Origin: Maribacter sp.
GTDB taxonomy: Bacteria > Bacteroidota > Bacteroidia > Flavobacteriales > Flavobacteriaceae
Direction: 5' to 3' (one strand)
Assembly (NCBI RefSeq): GCF_011050675.1
Contig: NZ_DRFI01000023.1
Length of the DNA: 64,000 nt
Under the pieces are notes generated by a model. It had not been told where the DNA came from and did not search any database. It saw only the letters and a list, made by a program, of their open reading frames with translations. Position numbers and translations under genes: made by a program. This document shows positions 58,314 to 64,000 of this stretch, in pieces (position 1 is the first letter of the stretch; every line of letters begins with the position of its first letter).

Positions 58314-58820
58314 ATGAGCAGAGGGTTTGTAAAAGAAGAAGACCAAGAGGAAATACCAATGGTACCGCCAAGGGCAGATTTACCTGTAGGAGCAGTTAAT
58401 TATGTAACTAAAAACGGACTAAATAGGTTATTAGAAGAACGTAATAAATTACAAAATGAAAAGAAATCTTTACCCAACGATGATGAAAAAGAGCGTCGAA
58501 TTACCCGTAATTTAATAAACGCCAAACTGCAATTACTGAATGAACGAATTACTAGTGCCAAAACGGTAAACTTAGAAGAACAACCCAAAAATGAAGTTCG
58601 ATTTGGAGCAACAGTCTCTTTATTTATTGGTGATGCTAAATCTATTCAACAGTTTCAAATAGTAGGGGTTGATGAAGCTAATATTGCAGAAAATAAAATA
58701 TCGTTTCTTTCTCCTATTGCCCGAATACTAATTTCTAAACAAGTAGGTGAAACTGCCATTTTAAATCTAGGTAAGGTTGAACGCTTGTTTAAAATCACTA
58801 ATATATCTTACTTCAATTAA
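58314..58820 (+). CDS. GreA/GreB-family protein (C-terminal FKBP-like domain)
   Basis: C-terminal VRFGATVSLF...ISFLSPIARILISKQVGETAIL matches the GreA/GreB C-terminal domain. ATG at 58314 is preferred over 58284. Confidence 0.6.
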   Translation: MSRGFVKEEDQEEIPMVPPRADLPVGAVNYVTKNGLNRLLEERNKLQNEKKSLPNDDEKERRITRNLINAKLQLLNERITSAKTVNLEEQPKNEVRFGATVSLFIGDAKSIQQFQIVGVDEANIAENKISFLSPIARILISKQVGETAILNLGKVERLFKITNISYFN

Positions 58821-59061
58821 ATTCAGCATCCAATTAATTCTTTTTAATTCAAATCTTTAATATTAAATTTCTACAAAGAACTTCTACATCATCAATTCTT
58901 ATTTGAGCCCTTTTTAATTTTTTCACAGTTAATCATAAATAATTATTCCGTTTAGTTTTGGGTGAATCAAAATTTCAACTTCTATTGAGTAGAAATGAAA
59001 TGTCAATGATTTACTAAAAAACATCTTGGGATACATCCGTAGATATAAAAAACAATTAATT

Positions 59062-59700
59062 ATGAAAACACGAAACATTAAAAATTTAGTATGTATTGCT
59101 TTAGCAGTCTTTGCTTTGAGTTCATGTAAAGACCAAGCAAAAATGGATGCTGATAAAAAGGCTATGGAAGAAAAAATTTCTATGGAAGAAAGTAATATGA
59201 AAGCTAAAGAGGCTAAAGTAAATGAAGAGGCAAAGAAAAATGAAATGATGGCAACTAGTATTACTGCGGTAGCTAGTAGTAATGAAGAGCTATCTACATT
59301 AGTTTCTGCCTTGAAAGCTGCAGATTTAGATAAAATGTTATCTGAACCAGGTAGTTACACTGTTTTCGCTCCTTCAAATAACGCTTTTGAGAAGTTACCT
59401 AAAAAAATGTCTGTTGCAGAATTAGGGAAACCAGAAAACAAAGAGTTATTGACTCAGGTGCTGCAGTATCATGTAGTCTCTGGAGTAATTACTAGCGATA
59501 AACTTGTAGAAGCCATAAACGGAGCAAACGGAAAATATACATTTACAACTGTTGGCGGTAAAGATTTAACGGCAAGTCTTAAAGGAGACAAAATTGTTTT
59601 GAAAGATGAAAAAGGGAATAAGACTGAAGTTGTTCTTGGAAATGTAAAAGCCTCTAATGGTGTGGTACACGTTATTAACGACGTACTTCTAATGAAGTAA
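59062..59700 (+). CDS. Fasciclin (FAS1) domain lipoprotein
   Basis: Lipobox ALSSC. FAS1 core YTVFAPSNNAFEKL...VLQYHVV...NGVVHVINDVLL. Confidence 0.75.
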   Translation: MKTRNIKNLVCIALAVFALSSCKDQAKMDADKKAMEEKISMEESNMKAKEAKVNEEAKKNEMMATSITAVASSNEELSTLVSALKAADLDKMLSEPGSYTVFAPSNNAFEKLPKKMSVAELGKPENKELLTQVLQYHVVSGVITSDKLVEAINGANGKYTFTTVGGKDLTASLKGDKIVLKDEKGNKTEVVLGNVKASNGVVHVINDVLLMK

Positions 59701-59720
59701 GAGAGCTATAATTCAAGAAA

Positions 59721-59752
59721 AAAAAGAGGACCTAATTGGTCCTCTTTTTTTA
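59721..59752. terminator. Bidirectional intrinsic terminator
   Basis: Stem agaggacc (59725-59732), loop taatt, stem ggtcctct (59738-59745), between A8 and T7. Confidence 0.75.
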
Positions 59753-59765
59753 TGTTAAACTTATT

Positions 59766-60599
59766 TTAAACAAGGGTGATATTACGTTTTAGCTGGTCCC
59801 TCATTTCAATATTCAATTCTTGCTGATTTGCCAAGGGATTTTGGCTAAACGGAGTTTGTGGCATATATGGATATGGTCCGAATTCGGGGGTAATGGTGAA
59901 TTCTTCCATAGCTTCCTGCGCATTTATAATACTTTGCCACCAAACGATAAATTGATTCAATTTATCTTCCCATTCAGGCGCAAATGGATTGTTTACTTGT
60001 GGACTTTGTTCAAAACCTACACGTGCATGAATATGCTTAATATATGGAAAAATCTTCTTGAGAATTTGCTCTTGATCTTGCAACATGCTTTCAGAGGTTA
60101 CACACCAATGAGACAAATCTCCTACCAATTTTAATTTTGGATATTTTTCTAGGTAGGCGAGGGTAGTAGTGGAATGAAAAGTAAATCTACCCCTATGTAT
60201 TTCATGATAAATCGGAATATCATACTTATTTGAAAAGGACTCTATTGCTTCTATGACTTTACAATTCTCGCTAAATGAATAATAATCCTTACCGGTATGA
60301 GAATTAATAAAAGTTGGATGAAACGGAAGCATATCTTCCAGTCGATTCAATACGTTAGATATATACGCTTCAACGGACTCCGTTTTTAACGGTAGAACTT
60401 GTTGAAAAACACTGATGAAATTTACATTTTGCTTTCTAGCTACTTTTAAAACTTGTAACAGCTCATCTCTAAATATTTCATCTCTAGGTATATTCATTTC
60501 TATACCTTGAAAACCTTGTTCAGTTACCAGTTTTAGAAATGCCACCGCAGTTAAATGTTCACTTCCCCAATGAGGGTATAAATAGTTGATTGTATTCAT
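59766..60599 (-). CDS. Xylose-isomerase-like TIM-barrel protein (sugar phosphate isomerase/epimerase family)
   Basis: Motifs INSHTG, YHEIHRG and GDLSHW. Contiguous with the upstream PhyH gene (no gap). Confidence 0.6.
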   Translation of the reverse strand: MNTINYLYPHWGSEHLTAVAFLKLVTEQGFQGIEMNIPRDEIFRDELLQVLKVARKQNVNFISVFQQVLPLKTESVEAYISNVLNRLEDMLPFHPTFINSHTGKDYYSFSENCKVIEAIESFSNKYDIPIYHEIHRGRFTFHSTTTLAYLEKYPKLKLVGDLSHWCVTSESMLQDQEQILKKIFPYIKHIHARVGFEQSPQVNNPFAPEWEDKLNQFIVWWQSIINAQEAMEEFTITPEFGPYPYMPQTPFSQNPLANQQELNIEMRDQLKRNITLV

Positions 60600-61406
60600 T
60601 TAATATAAAATAGGATTCAATGGTGAATTTATTGTTTGCCCAATTTTAACTCCAGGGCACCAAGTATTCCAATCGTTCTGTTGACCATCATTACTGGGTT
60701 CTTTCAACTTCATATCCTTATCCATATATATTACGGTCATAACCTTGCGCAATGTATTTGTTGTATTTGCCCCAGCACGATGAAAAACCCAGCCCGAATG
60801 AAAACTAATTTCCCCAATATCAAAAGGTTCTATGACGTGTTCAAAATCAGTAACTTTTAATCGGTTCTGAATTGCTTTTTCACTTTCATCGCTTATGGAT
60901 AAGTCTCTACCGTCCATTATTTCGTGACTACCAGCACTAAATTCTAATGGTCCCATGGACAACGGAGTTTCTTGAAGAGGAATCCAAGCGGTTATGGTCT
61001 TATCCGTTTCTAGAGGCCAATAATATTGGTCTGCATGCCATGGTGTAATTCCACCACCGGCTTCTTTAAATAACGCTTGATCATGATATAATCGTACTCC
61101 ATCGACTTGCAGTAAATCCGATGCAATCTTTGCCATACGTTTAGAAAAAATAAATGATTTAATTTCATAATCCTCTTTCCATAAGTTGAACAACTGTACA
61201 AAAGCCTTACCATAAGTATCTCTGTTTTCTAAAGGCTTTGGAGCTTTGTTTAATTCCTCCACTTTCTTTGAAATTACACCATTAAAATAGGATAGTGTTT
61301 CTGAATCAAAAACATCTTTCAATTTTATATATCTGTTTTTTTGATAAAAATCTACCTGTTCTTTTGAAAGCTTATAATGTCTGTCGAGCAACTCATGTTT
61401 TTGCAT
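60600..61406 (-). CDS. Phytanoyl-CoA dioxygenase (PhyH) family Fe(II)/2-oxoglutarate oxygenase
   Basis: ITPWHADQYYWP HxD iron ligands and C-terminal FHSGWVFHRAGAN. Confidence 0.7.
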   Translation of the reverse strand: MQKHELLDRHYKLSKEQVDFYQKNRYIKLKDVFDSETLSYFNGVISKKVEELNKAPKPLENRDTYGKAFVQLFNLWKEDYEIKSFIFSKRMAKIASDLLQVDGVRLYHDQALFKEAGGGITPWHADQYYWPLETDKTITAWIPLQETPLSMGPLEFSAGSHEIMDGRDLSISDESEKAIQNRLKVTDFEHVIEPFDIGEISFHSGWVFHRAGANTTNTLRKVMTVIYMDKDMKLKEPSNDGQQNDWNTWCPGVKIGQTINSPLNPILY

Positions 61407-61534
61407 AGTCCTTGTTTTAGTTCTGTAAAACTAGAAATGTCAACTGTCTTTTAGTTTTTCTATTTTAACTAATACTATGCGTATTTAAACATAATTAACT
61501 AAATTGACTATACTTAGATGTTTATATTGGATGT

Positions 61535-62368
61535 ATGAAACTTGTTGTAGAAAAAATTGGATTACAAGAATCCAAGAGTTCATTTCACTTCTTTAAACTA
61601 GAAGTAGACGCTTTCAAACCTTTTTGGCATTATCATCCTGAGTTAGAACTTACATTAATAGTAAAGGGTCAGGGAACCCGATTTGTAGGTACTAGCATCA
61701 TGCCATTTTTCGAAAATGATTTAGTGCTTTTGGGTGCTAATCTTCCACATAATTACACTTCACTTGTTCAAGATACAAAACAGAATTATGAGGCAATAGT
61801 ACTACAGTTTCCTGCAACAATATTTAGTTCTTTTAACGAGTGTGATATGTTGTTTCAATTATATAAAGAAGCAGAAAGAGGTATTCAATTTATAACTCCA
61901 GATGAAAAAACACTACAGTTATTGTATGGTTTTAAAGCTTTACAAAAGGCTGATCAGTTAGCCGTTCTACTTCAAATATTACATCGCTTGTTTAAAGATG
62001 CCAATAGAAAATACCTTTCATCAAAAAGCTATCATAATTCCATTATAAATTTGAAAGGACAAAGTAAGATAAAAACGACTACCAGTTATATTCTTGAAAA
62101 TTTAGATAAAAAGCTTACCGTAACGCAAATGGCTCAGCTTACCAATATGGTAGAACAATCCTTTTGTCGTTGGTTTAAAAGCGCAGTTGGTCATTCTTTT
62201 ATCACCTTTTTAAATTTGGCAAGAATAGAACAAGCCTGTATGTATTTGTCAACGACGGACAAATACATACAGGCTATTGCTTTTGATTGTGGCTTTGAAA
62301 ACCTATCTCATTTTAACCGGACCTTTAAAAAAATAAAAGGTAAAAGCCCTAGAGAATTTAGGTCTTAA
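61535..62368 (+). CDS. AraC-family transcriptional regulator (cupin-type sensor plus HTH)
   Basis: C-terminal QAIAFDCGFENLSHFNRTFKKIKGKSPREFRS. Divergent from the PhyH/TIM-barrel operon. Confidence 0.8.
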   Translation: MKLVVEKIGLQESKSSFHFFKLEVDAFKPFWHYHPELELTLIVKGQGTRFVGTSIMPFFENDLVLLGANLPHNYTSLVQDTKQNYEAIVLQFPATIFSSFNECDMLFQLYKEAERGIQFITPDEKTLQLLYGFKALQKADQLAVLLQILHRLFKDANRKYLSSKSYHNSIINLKGQSKIKTTTSYILENLDKKLTVTQMAQLTNMVEQSFCRWFKSAVGHSFITFLNLARIEQACMYLSTTDKYIQAIAFDCGFENLSHFNRTFKKIKGKSPREFRS

Positions 62369-62928
62369 GCTTCTACTTCCGCCTCAGTCTCAACTTCAAT
62401 AGGATCTTCCTCGATAACTTCTGCCACAGCAGGTACCGAATCTTTCAGAACATTGAATTTTTCTACACGTTCCATATCATCCTCTTCACCAGAGAAATAT
62501 GGAAAAACATCCATAATAGGAGATTCTGCTATAGAAGGTACAGAGTATTCACCCATAGTATCTTTCATAACACTTATGGTATTATCATAAGCTTCCTTAA
62601 CGTCGTTAGCTTGTATCAATAAATACATGTTGGTTTTACGTTCTTTACCACTTTCTTCATCAAAGGCAATTAAAGATACTTTTGATTTAAACCATCTGTC
62701 TGAATTCTCGAACGGATGAATTTCAGCATAATTAGCAACCTTTATATTCGTGATTTTTATTTCTTCAGTATCGCTTAAGTAAACTGACATCTCTTCTGTA
62801 ATTCTACTTTCTGCTTCGGTATATGAAATAGCATCAACCAAAAAAGGTTCTGTCTTTACCTTCAACATTCCTGAAGCTTCGTCTAATTTTCTATATTTTA
62901 TTTTACACTCGTACCAAGTTGCACTCAT
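62365..62928 (-). CDS. DUF4494-like protein
   Basis: N-terminal MSATWYECKIKYRKLDEASGMLKVKTEPFLVDAISYTEAE, as I recall for the DUF4494 family. Acidic C-terminal tail. Confidence 0.5.
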   Translation of the reverse strand: MSATWYECKIKYRKLDEASGMLKVKTEPFLVDAISYTEAESRITEEMSVYLSDTEEIKITNIKVANYAEIHPFENSDRWFKSKVSLIAFDEESGKERKTNMYLLIQANDVKEAYDNTISVMKDTMGEYSVPSIAESPIMDVFPYFSGEEDDMERVEKFNVLKDSVPAVAEVIEEDPIEVETEAEVEA

Positions 62929-63116
62929 AATTTCCTTTTATTTTGGGGTGTTAAATATACTTCTTAGCCATAGTTTGTAAAGCCAAAAAACGCAATAGAT
63001 ATTCACAATTTAACGCTCGTGATTATAGTGTTCTAAAAATTAGGCACTTAGGACCATATTGAATAATTCGGAAATTTTGAAATATTGCATGATATAAGAA
63101 TGGAAAGAAATCTCGA

Positions 63117-63791
63117 TTAAAACAATTCTTCTTTTACTTGGTCATAATATGAATCACTCACGGGTATAATAACATCTGACAACAGCAGGTCTCTACCTTT
63201 TAATCCCGTTACGCTATTCTTATTAATGATATAAGATCGATGAACCCTCATGAACATAGAACTAGGTAGCTCTTGTTCTAAAGCTTTTAAACGTTGATTG
63301 CTAATTATCTTCTTATCACTTAAATGAAAGGTAACATACTCACTATCACTTACTATATAAAGAATATCTTCATACTTTACTTTATGCAGATCATAGCCCG
63401 ATTTTACAGTTATAGCATCGGTCTTTTCTACAGTATTATTTGGTTTTACTTTATTTACTGCAGTAACAAAACGCTCGAACGTTATTGGTTTTAAGAGGTA
63501 ATCTGTAGCATTTAATTCATAGCCTTCTAAAGCGTATTGCGAATAAGCTGTTGTGAAAATTATCTTAGTATTGGAATCTACCATTTTGGCAAAGTCGGTT
63601 CCTTTTATTTCTGGCATTTGAATATCTAAGAACAATACATCTACATCATGTTCTTTCATTAATTGTAAAGCCTCTAACGGATTCTCAGCCTCGCCTACCA
63701 AATTCAAATAATCTAACTTTTTTATATAAGTTATTAGTAGGGCACGTGCCAATTCTTCGTCATCTACGACTATACAATTTATTCTATTCAT
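63117..63791 (-). CDS. LytTR-family response regulator
   Basis: Receiver domain (CIVVDDEEL...LFLDIQMPEIKG) plus LytTR domain (FMRVHRSYIIN). Confidence 0.85.
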   Translation of the reverse strand: MNRINCIVVDDEELARALLITYIKKLDYLNLVGEAENPLEALQLMKEHDVDVLFLDIQMPEIKGTDFAKMVDSNTKIIFTTAYSQYALEGYELNATDYLLKPITFERFVTAVNKVKPNNTVEKTDAITVKSGYDLHKVKYEDILYIVSDSEYVTFHLSDKKIISNQRLKALEQELPSSMFMRVHRSYIINKNSVTGLKGRDLLLSDVIIPVSDSYYDQVKEELF

Positions 63792-64000
63792 TCAATTGTA
63801 GTTTTAAATTTACTTTAAAAGCTTGCGAGGTCTCGTTTATTACTAATTCATGTCTATTTGGATATAGGATTGCCAAACGTTTCTTTACATTTTCAATTCC
63901 TATACCACCTACATCATCTTTTACAATCTTAAATTCTGGTTTGCTATTCTCTAATTCAAAATCAATACTATTTTCGGTAGCATTAATTTTAAGATTAATA
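63784..64000 (-). CDS. LytS-type sensor histidine kinase, 3' end only (gene continues beyond the window)
   Basis: The minus-strand frame gives ...GIGIENVKKRLAILYPNRHELVINETSQAFKVNLKLQLNE*, which parallels the C-terminus of the 49292 kinase. Overlaps the RR start by 8 nt. Confidence 0.7.
   Translation of the reverse strand, partial: INLKINATENSIDFELENSKPEFKIVKDDVGGIGIENVKKRLAILYPNRHELVINETSQAFKVNLKLQLNE

Noticed and set aside
1-64000. Mobile elements, prophage or integrative island
   Set aside because: I saw no transposase, integrase, recombinase, tRNA attachment site or phage structural genes, and no obvious long inverted terminal repeats. Base composition looks uniform by eye.
1-64000. tRNA or rRNA genes in the intergenic regions
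   Set aside because: None of the intergenic stretches showed a GC-rich cloverleaf signature (for example a GGTTCGAATCC-like T-loop). This cannot be excluded without a covariance-model scan.

Overview
The window is a low-GC chromosomal segment that looks Bacteroidota/Flavobacteriia-like. The gene content supporting that is: a TonB-dependent receptor ending in a terminal Phe, LytS-type kinase / LytTR regulator pairs, DUF1080, DUF4494, a Lacal_2735-type small protein, a YHYH protein, and SPFH/NfeD genes. I call about 65 densely packed protein genes. I found no rRNA, tRNA, CRISPR array, transposase or integrase.

Ordinary content, in order:
- a cell-wall remodelling trio (3D-domain protein, Amidase_2, M14 carboxypeptidase);
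- an OmpA-like and a vWA lipoprotein;
- an XdhC/MocA molybdenum-cofactor maturation pair plus an amidohydrolase;
- an ECF sigma factor;
- two cold-shock-domain genes;
- a TonB-dependent receptor;
- an OYE-family reductase;
- a PQQ sugar dehydrogenase;
- a MacAB-TolC-like efflux operon carrying a LytS-type kinase and a fused ABC exporter;
- several catabolic oxidoreductases;
- two LytTR response regulators.

Two regions stand out.
1. A 1.1-kb intergenic gap at 9992-11076 holds a 176-177-bp tandem repeat. Each unit carries a 37-codon, strongly basic small ORF on the minus strand. Copies 1 and 2 encode the identical peptide and differ only by two synonymous substitutions.
2. A co-directional block at 29116-38525 comprises an HTH regulator (divergent), a hypothetical protein, PspA/IM30, an NfeD-like protein, flotillin (SPFH), a 1627-aa giant protein and a J-domain/KTSC protein. 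The giant protein has a C-terminal AAA+ module that I place in the helix-2-insert clade (MoxR/AAA_5/McrB-like). The block is flanked by CspA and a DEAD-box(DbpA) helicase. I read it as a candidate membrane-microdomain stress or defence module, but I cannot assign its large ATPase to any described family from sequence alone.
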